From contig OY762007.1 in the NCBI GenBank assembly GCA_963665115.1, positions 5,216,001 through 5,280,000 of the forward strand: a DNA stretch of 64,000 bases. Reading direction: 5' to 3'. The notes under the pieces were generated by a model, which saw nothing but the letters and a program-made list of their open reading frames with translations, was not told where the DNA came from and searched no databases. Positions 20,187 to 28,610 of this stretch are shown here, piece after piece; position 1 is the stretch's first letter, and the number at the start of each line of letters is the position of its first letter. The stretch is from an uncultured Rivularia sp. (lineage in GTDB: Bacteria; Cyanobacteriota; Cyanobacteriia; Cyanobacteriales; Nostocaceae). Position numbers and translations under genes: made by a program.

Positions 20187-20323
20187 ATACATCGGAACTT
20201 TAAGTTAATTAGGGCACTCGTAAAAACCATATTTAAAGATTATAATTACAAAGGAACACTCCCGCATTAAAAGCCAGTCAATATATTTTTAGATACTTTG
20301 TCACAATCAATTAACAAACTATC

Positions 20324-20839
20324 ATGCGTCAATTTTATTTACTGTTTAGTATCTGTATTTCTACACTTTCAATATTTCCCGTTCAATTTGTCGAAGCACG
20401 AGATTCTCGAATTCCCACTCCTTCTCAAGCGCCTTTGGAACTAGATTTATTGACTAATCCTAAAGGTAACGTAATTACGGCAGATACTATTTATCAAAAA
20501 CAGTTAACTGTTCCTAGTTTATGGTGGGCGCAGGAACAATCGGAAAATAAACTTTTAGACAACTGGATAGCATACCCTGCCAATAATGCTCAACCAGGAA
20601 GAGTCGATTTAATTGTCAACGAACAAATTTGGAACGTATTAGATTATTTAGAACGTTATAACTTTGTCAATCGCTTGGGCACCGAAGCACGAACTTACGG
20701 TTACAATATTCGCGTTTTCAACTACGAAAAAGAACCTTTAGCAACTTATACCTGTAACTTAAATCTCAAAACACCTTTGTGCAATATCGATCTAAATGTT
20801 ACAGGTTTAATAATGGATACTTCGGTTTCAAACAATTAA
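20324..20839 (+). CDS. Hypothetical exported protein
   Basis: 171-aa ORF with N-terminal signal-like segment. Confidence 0.7.
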   Translation: MRQFYLLFSICISTLSIFPVQFVEARDSRIPTPSQAPLELDLLTNPKGNVITADTIYQKQLTVPSLWWAQEQSENKLLDNWIAYPANNAQPGRVDLIVNEQIWNVLDYLERYNFVNRLGTEARTYGYNIRVFNYEKEPLATYTCNLNLKTPLCNIDLNVTGLIMDTSVSNN

Positions 20840-20880
20840 TATCAATTATCAATTAACCTTTAACCTTTATCCTTTAACCT

Positions 20881-22053
20881 TCATCCTACTTTCATTTTTT
20901 CAAAAAACGAATCATACTGCTCGCTTGTTGTTTTTGATAAAGGAGTTAAAAATTCACTTTTATTGAAAATTTCAGGATTTACTAATAATAGATTTTGTAA
21001 CGGTTTGGGAACTTCAGATGCTGCGATCTTTGTTATATCTGTTGAAATCGGGGAATTAGCTTTGGTAAGTAAAGCGATTTGTTTTGCTATCTTCGTTTCC
21101 CAGCAATAATCAATCCACTTATTTGATAAATCTTCTTTATCATTGCCTTTGGGCTGTACCCACAAATCTGCCCAAAGTGCAGTTCCGGAATTTGGAACAA
21201 TTATGCTAAGTTGCGGATAACGGGAAAGTAAAGAGACAATATCATTTGACCAACCTACTGCTACCCAGGTATCTCCAAGAATTAACGGTTCGATATAACT
21301 AGCTGAATTATAAAATTTTACCTGCTTATCTAAATTTTGTAATTCTTCTGCTAAAGATGTTACCTCGTTTAGATTCTCGGTGTTATAGGATTTTCCTAAT
21401 TTTTTTAACGTCAAACCAACAACTTCTCGTGGCTGGTTAACTAAAGAAATCCGTCCTTTTAATTCTTCTCGCCACAAATCGCTCCAATCTTGCAATTCCC
21501 AATTAAATTTTTCTAACTTATCGCGACGATAAATAATTACTGTACTACCCCAACGGTAAGGTGCTGCCCAAATTTTTCCTTGTTTATCTACCTTACCTTG
21601 GTTGTTGCGCGTTACCAATTCTTGCCATTTTGGAGATAATTTAGACCAGTTTTCTAGCTTTTCACCAGACAACGGTTGAATAAGCTCCCCTTCAATTGCA
21701 TCTTTTAACCAGAAATCTCCCAAAGTAGCTAAATCAATATTTTTTGGTTGAGATTTGCCAAAAAATCGGGTGATATCGAACCCTTCAGATTTATTTCCTG
21801 CTGTTTGGTTTTTCTTCAAACTTTTCAATCGCTTGAATAATTCCTGTAACTGTACTACTGGCGAGAATTTCAACTGTACTTTTTGCGACAAATTTTTCTC
21901 AAGTTGATTCTCAAATCCTTTAAGTATCCTTCCTGGAATAGAACCTTTGAGTACCTGTACTGTTAATTGTGGCTGTTTGGCTGCATTACACCCTACAAGC
22001 AATTGGGAAACAAAGAGTGTAGATGTACCGAACAAAAATGAGCGTCTGTGCAT
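20881..22053 (-). CDS. Polyamine (PotD/PotF-like) ABC transporter substrate-binding lipoprotein
   Basis: Tat/lipobox signal RRSFL...LVGC; PYRWG, WSDLW, GTALWADLW. Confidence 0.85.
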   Translation of the reverse strand: MHRRSFLFGTSTLFVSQLLVGCNAAKQPQLTVQVLKGSIPGRILKGFENQLEKNLSQKVQLKFSPVVQLQELFKRLKSLKKNQTAGNKSEGFDITRFFGKSQPKNIDLATLGDFWLKDAIEGELIQPLSGEKLENWSKLSPKWQELVTRNNQGKVDKQGKIWAAPYRWGSTVIIYRRDKLEKFNWELQDWSDLWREELKGRISLVNQPREVVGLTLKKLGKSYNTENLNEVTSLAEELQNLDKQVKFYNSASYIEPLILGDTWVAVGWSNDIVSLLSRYPQLSIIVPNSGTALWADLWVQPKGNDKEDLSNKWIDYCWETKIAKQIALLTKANSPISTDITKIAASEVPKPLQNLLLVNPEIFNKSEFLTPLSKTTSEQYDSFFEKMKVG

Positions 22054-22896
22054 ACTTATCAGTTTTATTTTTATGTATTATAATAACCGCTTTCGCCGAT
22101 TGTAACTGATATGTTCCGCAAGCTGGGAACATCAAAATTAATTACTGTATATGTAGCTCTTAATATTTATCCGGCAATATATATTGATTTATTTTTCTGA
22201 TAATCAATATAATTTTTAGTTCTTGAAATCTATTTTTTACACCATATTAGCAGCGTGACGATAAGACACTTCATGTACGCCACCGGGCATTACTAATCTA
22301 ATTAAATTTGTATCTATATAAAATCTTTAAAATCCTATTTTGTCGAAAAAAATCTGCTTACTTCTGACAATAAACTCAATAATGCCCCTTCTAGCTCAAT
22401 CAATCTCCATCTTTAGTTAGAAATAATTAACCGCTATTCTCAGGTAAGTATCGTTATGAAAATTGTTAGTACATCATAAATTTTATATCTTTAGGATTAA
22501 CAATAAAATAATTGCTGTGACTCGAACATAAAACTGGCAAAAGTCCCAACATATATAGCTTACAAGGATAAAATAAATTTAACAAAAATCTTTAATATTC
22601 GACTGTATTTTGCAGATCCAACTTTCTTTATATTTGCTGAAAACTATTGATATATATCGATCGTAGCAAAACTTTACAATTCTACTTTTTGATATTATCA
22701 AGTCATCATTATTCCCGTATTTTTTTTACAAGTTAACTTAAGCAACTACCATAAGGATTGTTTTGATTTATTACCAATGAATGAGTTAAGTGTGGAGGTG
22801 AAAAATAAAAACTGGAACGTTAAATAAATCATAAGTATAGTTAACTTTAGCAATAGAAAGAATAATATAGAGATACATCTTAAACGAGGGTATGAA

Positions 22897-23277
22897 ATGG
22901 AGCAGTTAAAGCATCAAGTGTCGAGCCTAAGTAATAAGCTTGACAACCTTTATCAAGTGGTTGAGCAGCTAGATGGTAAAGTTTCTCAAGCTTTAACAGA
23001 TTGTAATTTAGCAGCAGCCTGTCAGGGTAAAGACAAAAATGAAACAGTTGGCGATTTGGCGGAATATCAATTAAAGCATTCGATTGGCTTAAATTCTGAA
23101 CTCGAACATAAAGATGTATTAGTAGATGACGTTTATCTAGATGGAAATTTTGAAGCAGGAGATAAACATTTAACGGCAGAGATTCAGATTCAGCGACTTA
23201 CAGCTCAATTAACAGCAGCATACAATCGCATTGCCGCCTTGGAAGAGCAATTACTACTCAAAAGAATCAATTCCTAA
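22897..23277 (+). CDS. Hypothetical coiled-coil protein
   Basis: Heptad-like N-terminus; C-terminal EIQIQRLTAQLTAAYNRIAALEEQLL; GAGG RBS. Confidence 0.75.
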   Translation: MEQLKHQVSSLSNKLDNLYQVVEQLDGKVSQALTDCNLAAACQGKDKNETVGDLAEYQLKHSIGLNSELEHKDVLVDDVYLDGNFEAGDKHLTAEIQIQRLTAQLTAAYNRIAALEEQLLLKRINS

Positions 23278-23356
23278 GCAAAAAACTCAAAAAGAGGACT
23301 TTTCCTAATCAAGTTAGAATCAGTTGCTGTTGATACTGTTTTTGCTGCGTAGATTT

Positions 23357-24583
23357 CTATGCTTGCCAATAACGGTCTAATTGGGCTTCAACTGCCCTTA
23401 ATAGCTGGTGAGAAAGCCAATTTTCGCTCAAATAAGCAGCAATGCAAGCACCTCCAGCACCCATACCCTCCTTAACAAAACCTTGTTCGTAAGCTTGTAA
23501 CTGAAGATAACGAGAACTATCAAAACATAGCTCAGTGGAAAGTAGAGAAGGTGCGAGAGCGCTGTTTCTACCTATCTGCTGGGCTAATTCTATCGTTTTG
23601 CCACTAGAATCATCTGTAACCCAGCGAGTAGTACCCACAACTATTTCTGAAGGTTGCCAAGACAGATCGTAAAATTCGCAGATTGCACCAGCCAAAGCTA
23701 ACACAGCCAACATTTGCGTACCCCCAGCCAGCAAAACACCCCCATCACGACTTGCAGCGATCGCCATTCCAGCCACAACAACCTGCATCGGATCTCCCAC
23801 ACCAGTAACCAACCGCAACGGATCTATTCGATTTTGCGGAAAGTTGGGGGTGGAGATTTTCTTCCCCCCAAACTTTCCAAGACGGATTTTGGATTTTGGA
23901 TTTTGGATTTCCTTTTGTCCCCTTTCCCTCTCCCCCTCTCCCCCTCTCCCCCTCTCCCCCATCTTCCCCAATCCTGCTTGTACAATTTCCCATTTCTGCG
24001 CGTGATTACAAACGGGATGGGAACTATTAACCATACCTTGGGCAGCAATACCCAAACCCGTCAAAATTGCCAGAGCAGTAGTAGTGCCACCAACAACGCA
24101 CTCACCTATAACTAAATAATCGTTTTGCTTATTGCGAGCAAGTTTTTCACCCCAAATCAAGCCTTGCTCGAACAAATGATGTACCGTCGCTAAATTCATT
24201 GCCGCACCTTGACTTAAACATTTAGCCGGTACACCTTGCAAATCAATAGTTGGTACAGTTGGGGCTTCGGGCAAACCTGCATTAAATAGATAAACTGGAA
24301 TATTTAGTTCCTCCACCACAGCGCGAGTAATAAACACTGGGGAAGCACCCGCAATCAGTGCAGGTAAAGGATATTGCCCTCTTTTATCTGCTCCATAGTA
24401 TAAAAACTCAGCATCAGCCAAAGCCGTATACTTTCGATCCTCCGGAGTACTACCAGCCGCAGAAATACCAGGAATCAAAGCTGTTTCAGTGAAACCTAAA
24501 ACGCAAGCAAACGCGGTTTTTTTGCCTTTATACTTAGAAACCCAACTTTCACCTTGAGTGATATTTGTATGTATGCGAAGCAT
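23357..24583 (-). CDS. cobT: Nicotinate mononucleotide-dependent phosphoribosyltransferase (TIGR00303 type) with repeat-derived insert
   Basis: TETALIPGISAAG, GECVVGGTTTA, LAGGTQM, VKEGMGAGG. Confidence 0.88.
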   Translation of the reverse strand: MLRIHTNITQGESWVSKYKGKKTAFACVLGFTETALIPGISAAGSTPEDRKYTALADAEFLYYGADKRGQYPLPALIAGASPVFITRAVVEELNIPVYLFNAGLPEAPTVPTIDLQGVPAKCLSQGAAMNLATVHHLFEQGLIWGEKLARNKQNDYLVIGECVVGGTTTALAILTGLGIAAQGMVNSSHPVCNHAQKWEIVQAGLGKMGERGRGGEGERERGQKEIQNPKSKIRLGKFGGKKISTPNFPQNRIDPLRLVTGVGDPMQVVVAGMAIAASRDGGVLLAGGTQMLAVLALAGAICEFYDLSWQPSEIVVGTTRWVTDDSSGKTIELAQQIGRNSALAPSLLSTELCFDSSRYLQLQAYEQGFVKEGMGAGGACIAAYLSENWLSHQLLRAVEAQLDRYWQA

Positions 24584-24660
24584 TGTATTTAGGAATGGGG
24601 GATGGGAGCAGTTAGGAATGAGTAGTGAGTAGTGAGTAGTGAGTAGTGAGTTGGGAGCAG

Positions 24661-24764
24661 TAAGCTGATGTGCAGCTAAATTGTATAAAACAAAATTTGG
24701 TAATTATTGTAGTGCGGGCCGAACAGCCCGCTAGTACTATACAAATTAAGTGCGTAACAACTTA
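24661..24764. mobile_element. TA-bounded MITE carrying a GTAG REP hairpin
   Basis: Imperfect TIRs TAAGCTGATGTGCAGCTAAATTGTATA / TATACAAATTAAGTGCGTAACAACTTA around GTAGTGCGGGC-CGAACA-GCCCGC. Confidence 0.6.
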
Positions 24765-24782
24765 AATAGTGAGTTAATAATT

Positions 24783-24869
24783 AATTACCAATTACCAATT
24801 ACCAATTACCAATTACCAATTATCAATTACCAATTATCAATTACCAATTATCAATTACCAATTACCAAT
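24783..24869. repeat. STRR heptamer array (AATTAYC)n, about 12 copies
   Basis: Direct inspection. Confidence 0.9.
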
Positions 24870-24888
24870 CCCCCATGCCCAATCCCCA

Positions 24889-25620
24889 TTACTCATAATC
24901 CATCAAAACCTGTACCCACTGCGGTGGACGGGGTATGGGATTGCCTAAACGATCTAATAATAACCATGCTGCTATATGTACTACGAATAAATATATAAAG
25001 TTGTTGAGCAATATTAAGGCAATGGCTCCGATTTGAATTAGGAAGGGGTTGGGAGTTGTAAGGATTCCTATGTTGACGAATAACCATTCTAAAAAGTTGG
25101 TTACTTGATTAATTAAATAAATCCATAAATCTTCACCTGAGAGTAAGGATAGTAAGGATAGCCTAAAAAATACGCCAATTGTACCTAGAAGGGTAGCCAA
25201 ACTTATGGAAACAATCCAGGGAACGCGGCGATGCCATGCTGAGCCTAAAAGTACTCCCATAAAAGCATAGGGCATTACGAATAGCATACTTCTGGTCGGT
25301 CCCATTAAGACCAATAACAGTAAACCGGAGGTTAATGCTGACATCCATGCAGCCCTGCTATTCCAGCGGAGGTAGACTAAAGCGATGGGTATGGGGAAGA
25401 ATACTTTTAACAGACCTAAAGGAAAATAAAAATTAATAAACCAAATCAAACTAGCGGTACTTGCCAAAAATGCCGTTTCTACCATTTTTAATGGCGCATC
25501 GGTTTGAAGTTGAGGTTTCGCTAAGTGTTGGCTGTGGGTAAGATTATCCGATTCGGGGTTAGGTTTTTTGGAGTTAAAAGAATTTCCTCTATCATCTGGC
25601 GAAGAACTAAGAATATCCAT
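24889..25620 (-). CDS. DUF2232 membrane protein
   Basis: MVETAFLAS, FFPIPIAL, LMGPTRS; multiple TM segments; downstream of crp. Confidence 0.82.
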   Translation of the reverse strand: MDILSSSPDDRGNSFNSKKPNPESDNLTHSQHLAKPQLQTDAPLKMVETAFLASTASLIWFINFYFPLGLLKVFFPIPIALVYLRWNSRAAWMSALTSGLLLLVLMGPTRSMLFVMPYAFMGVLLGSAWHRRVPWIVSISLATLLGTIGVFFRLSLLSLLSGEDLWIYLINQVTNFLEWLFVNIGILTTPNPFLIQIGAIALILLNNFIYLFVVHIAAWLLLDRLGNPIPRPPQWVQVLMDYE

Positions 25621-25644
25621 GTGAAAAACGCGCTCTGTAATTCG

Positions 25645-26343
25645 TTAAACTATCATCTTTTCTAACGCTGATACATCAGGAATACAAATAACCTCCCCAT
25701 TGCGTTTGATCAATTTTTTCTTTTCTAACTTAGTTAATACTCTAGTTACGGTTTCTCTTGCCAATCCGCTCAAACTACTTAACTCTCGATGGGGTAGATT
25801 AGGAATTTCCACACCCGTAGTATTTTGTATTCCTTGTCCTTCTGCTAAAAATAATAAAGTGTCAGCTACGCGAGAAGCTGCATCCGATTCGCGCAATCGC
25901 AAACGTCGGTTAACTTGTCGCAAGCGTCGTGCCATTAACTGTGCTAATCGCACACCCGCTAAAGGTTCGGTGTTAAGTAACTTAATGAAATCTTGTGATG
26001 GCAAACTACCAATTTCAGTCGCAGTTAAGGTGATAACATCGGTGGAGCGAGGTACTTCATCTAATGCAGCCATTTCACCAAATAATTCCCCTCTGCCTAG
26101 AATATTTAAAGTTAATTCTTTGCCTTCTAGATTGTAAGTGCGAATTTTAACCCAGCCATCCAAAATAAAATATACGGAACCTCCCCAGTCATTTTCCAGT
26201 AAAATTACTTGATTAGCTGGGTGAGAACGACTGACAAGATTGCTCAAAGCTGATTTAATAGAATCTTTTGGTAGCCCTTCAAAAAACATAGTTGAGAAAA
26301 TAATATCTTTGGCGGGGGGATGCAAGCTATACCTGTCTTCCAT
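25645..26343 (-). CDS. crp: Crp/Fnr family regulator (cAMP receptor protein-like)
   Basis: cNMP motif GELFGEMAAL..PRST; HTH ELSSLSGLARETVTRVL. Confidence 0.8.
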   Translation of the reverse strand: MEDRYSLHPPAKDIIFSTMFFEGLPKDSIKSALSNLVSRSHPANQVILLENDWGGSVYFILDGWVKIRTYNLEGKELTLNILGRGELFGEMAALDEVPRSTDVITLTATEIGSLPSQDFIKLLNTEPLAGVRLAQLMARRLRQVNRRLRLRESDAASRVADTLLFLAEGQGIQNTTGVEIPNLPHRELSSLSGLARETVTRVLTKLEKKKLIKRNGEVICIPDVSALEKMIV

Positions 26344-26537
26344 TGGGACATTTTTATCTAATTTGTAATGCAAATTACTTTCTAAACTACCAGTTTGTGG
26401 CCCAAGCTATCAAAGTACAACCGAGCAAAACAAAACTCAACTATATTAGCTAAAAAAAGTAGATAAAAAATTGGGAATTGGGCATTGGGAATAATTACTA
26501 GTGAGTAGTAAGTAAATACAAATCACCTACTCGCTAC

Positions 26538-26943
26538 AGGAGGATTTCAAATTTTTAATTTTGTAGTGCGAGCCGGAATGCTCGCTAATAAATATCAAAC
26601 GAGCTTTCCACCTTCCACTACCTGCGAATTTCTCAACAATTAGGATGCTCCACTCACTAATAAATATCAAGCGAGCATTCCGGCTCGCACTACCTGCGAA
26701 TTTCTCAACAATTAGGATGCTCCACTCCCTAATACAGCATATTTGATCTTTGTGAGGTACATTCGGACGGGCCTTCTCTGCCCCGAACTTTGACGGAAAG
26801 AACATCTCCCCGTCAAGTTCTCTCCATCCCACAAGAGTTTTGTAATATGAGGCTGTACCTCACTTATTTGCAAAGTGCTGTAAATATCAAACGAGCTTTC
26901 CGGCTCGCACTACCTGCGAATTTCTCAACAATTGGGATGCTCC
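26538..26943. mobile_element. Nested MITE/REP stack with 72-bp tandem triplication
   Basis: Outer element flanked by ACTCGCTAC/ACTCACTAC; 72-bp units start at 26585, 26657, 26729; third unit interrupted. Confidence 0.75.
26733..26882 (-). mobile_element. TA-duplicating MITE (TACAGCA...TGCTGTA family)
   Basis: TIRs with GAGGTACA/TGTACCTC; TA duplication shown by uninterrupted sister units; second copy at 34108-34214. Confidence 0.8.
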
Positions 26944-27011
26944 ACTCACTACTCCCTATCTCCCTATCTCCCCATCTCCCTACTTACTCGGATTAATAAT
27001 ACTCAACTTAA

Positions 27012-27180
27012 GTAAGCATACTCCGCGTCTTTAGACCGGAGCTTTAGCCTAATTCGGAAAAGGCAGTCGGAAACAAGCTAAGTTGTCCTTCTAACTGACA
27101 AATCATCTTCAGACTTTCAGGCTGCGTTACGGACAACCCCAAAGCTGCAATATTCAATGCAGCATTAATATCAGCATCAT
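27012..27180 (-). ncRNA. Putative omega/reRNA scaffold overlapping the tnpB 3' end (5' boundary uncertain)
   Basis: Established TnpB architecture; structured right end seen; guide would be the flank TTAAGTTGAGTATTAT. Confidence 0.55.
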
Positions 27181-28201
27181 GTTCAAAACCACAATTACCA
27201 CACTTATACTTTTTCCCGTTGCGATACGACTTCCCTTTGACCGGGTGGACGTGATGGCAGCGCGAGCAAGTTTGAGAAGTGTAAGCAGGTGGAATAAAAA
27301 CAATTGGAACTCCAGCGATACGAGCCTTATAATCAACAAACATTCGGAGTTGATAGAATGCCCAATTATTAGTTCTACGTCGTTCTGTTTTACTACGTCG
27401 CTTTTGATTGAGAGATTGTCTAATATTAGTCAAATCCTCAAAAGCAAGCGCAGCATTACTGCTTTTTGCGTTTTTAACAAGCTGTTTAGAAATATTGTGA
27501 TTCAACCACTTTTGAAAACGGTGTTCTCTCCCAGAAAGCCTTCTCATCAGTCTTCTAGAACTACGAGTGCGTTTGAATTGAACATTTGCTCTGACCTTAC
27601 TGTAATGGTCGCGAGTAGATTGAATCTTTTCACCACTCCAAGATTTACCAATAGAAGTTGTCGCTATGTCACGTCTTCCCAAATCAACTCCAATTACTTT
27701 AGGTGTTTTACCTGTTGGTTGAGTTGGAACTTCAATACAAATATTGATGTAATAGTCGCCTTTCCTGGTTTTATTCAAAGTTGCGGCTGTTGGGGATTGA
27801 CCTTTAAGCAATGCTTTTTGATAATTACCAATCGACAATTTAAACTTTTTACGGCCACACATCAAAGTAATGCCAACAGTTTGCAAGTCCTCAATATATT
27901 GAAAAGTTCTAATATCCAAATTCAAAGAAGTTGGACGAAACTTATGGACTTGTTTAACTGCCTTGGCGTTACCAATTACACGGCGAATAGCTTGACAAAC
28001 ATGGTTAGCTTTCAAACCAGTCGATTCTTTAATTGGTTTGTAGACCTTGTGATGCAGCTTAGTAGTATTCCAACAATTCTCATTTTTTGCAACTTCATAT
28101 ATCTGGTTGCAAGCGTCAGCAAATCCCTGCAAAGTAATGTCAATCTCTTGACGCAACTCTATAGGGACTTGAAGTTTACACTTAACAGATATAGTCTGCA
28201 T
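27044..28201 (-). CDS. tnpB: RNA-guided endonuclease TnpB (ORF open to 28255; likely start 28201 or 28222)
   Basis: RuvC I GVDLG, RuvC II FEDL, zinc finger TSQTCSRC...CGNCG, RuvC III DADINAALNI. Confidence 0.93.
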   Translation of the reverse strand: MQTISVKCKLQVPIELRQEIDITLQGFADACNQIYEVAKNENCWNTTKLHHKVYKPIKESTGLKANHVCQAIRRVIGNAKAVKQVHKFRPTSLNLDIRTFQYIEDLQTVGITLMCGRKKFKLSIGNYQKALLKGQSPTAATLNKTRKGDYYINICIEVPTQPTGKTPKVIGVDLGRRDIATTSIGKSWSGEKIQSTRDHYSKVRANVQFKRTRSSRRLMRRLSGREHRFQKWLNHNISKQLVKNAKSSNAALAFEDLTNIRQSLNQKRRSKTERRRTNNWAFYQLRMFVDYKARIAGVPIVFIPPAYTSQTCSRCHHVHPVKGKSYRNGKKYKCGNCGFEHDADINAALNIAALGLSVTQPESLKMICQLEGQLSLFPTAFSELG

Positions 28202-28610
28202 TTGAGCTTTATAAATACTCATCCAAGCATACCATTTAACGTTATAAATAAGCATAAATTCTTAAAAAATATTCACGGAGCAATAAATTACTCCGTGCCG
28301 CCTTTCCTCCCAGACTTAAAAGTACTGGGTTTTCATGCTCCCGCAAGGTCTTTATGATTTTTGCTAACCTTTAATTTTTAACTGTTTGAGCGTAATATCT
28401 CGACAGCTTAGTTGTTATTACTATACTTAATGGCAATACTGTATCAATAGCATGAACATTACCATATTCGTATTATTCTCTTGACAAGCAAGAAAGGCTA
28501 CCTGATAGATAATATCGGGCTAGTAGTTGTAAATTGATTGGATTCACTAACGTTTTGCAGTGCTACGTTCGTCATTACCCTCTGTAAAGTTCACAAAAAG
28601 GAAATTTAAC

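Larger units (their letters stand above)
27012..28353 (-). mobile_element. IS200/IS605-family element, tnpB only (IS1341-like)
   Basis: LE hairpin CCCAG-TACTTTTAAGT-CTGGG preceded by GAAA, with TCAT just outside; RE hairpin CTCCG...CGGAG preceded by AAAG, ending TTAC. Confidence 0.85.

Noticed and set aside
24750..24998. 82-aa ORF with NYQLPIT repeats
   Set aside because: Read-through of the AATTACC heptamer array, antisense to DUF2232
26585..26950. 72-bp repeated units as a CRISPR array next to tnpB
   Set aside because: Units are contiguous with no unique spacers and derive from a REP-MITE half; no cas genes
26527..26996. ORFs 26527..26832(-) and 26790..26996(+)
   Set aside because: Translations of the nested repeats
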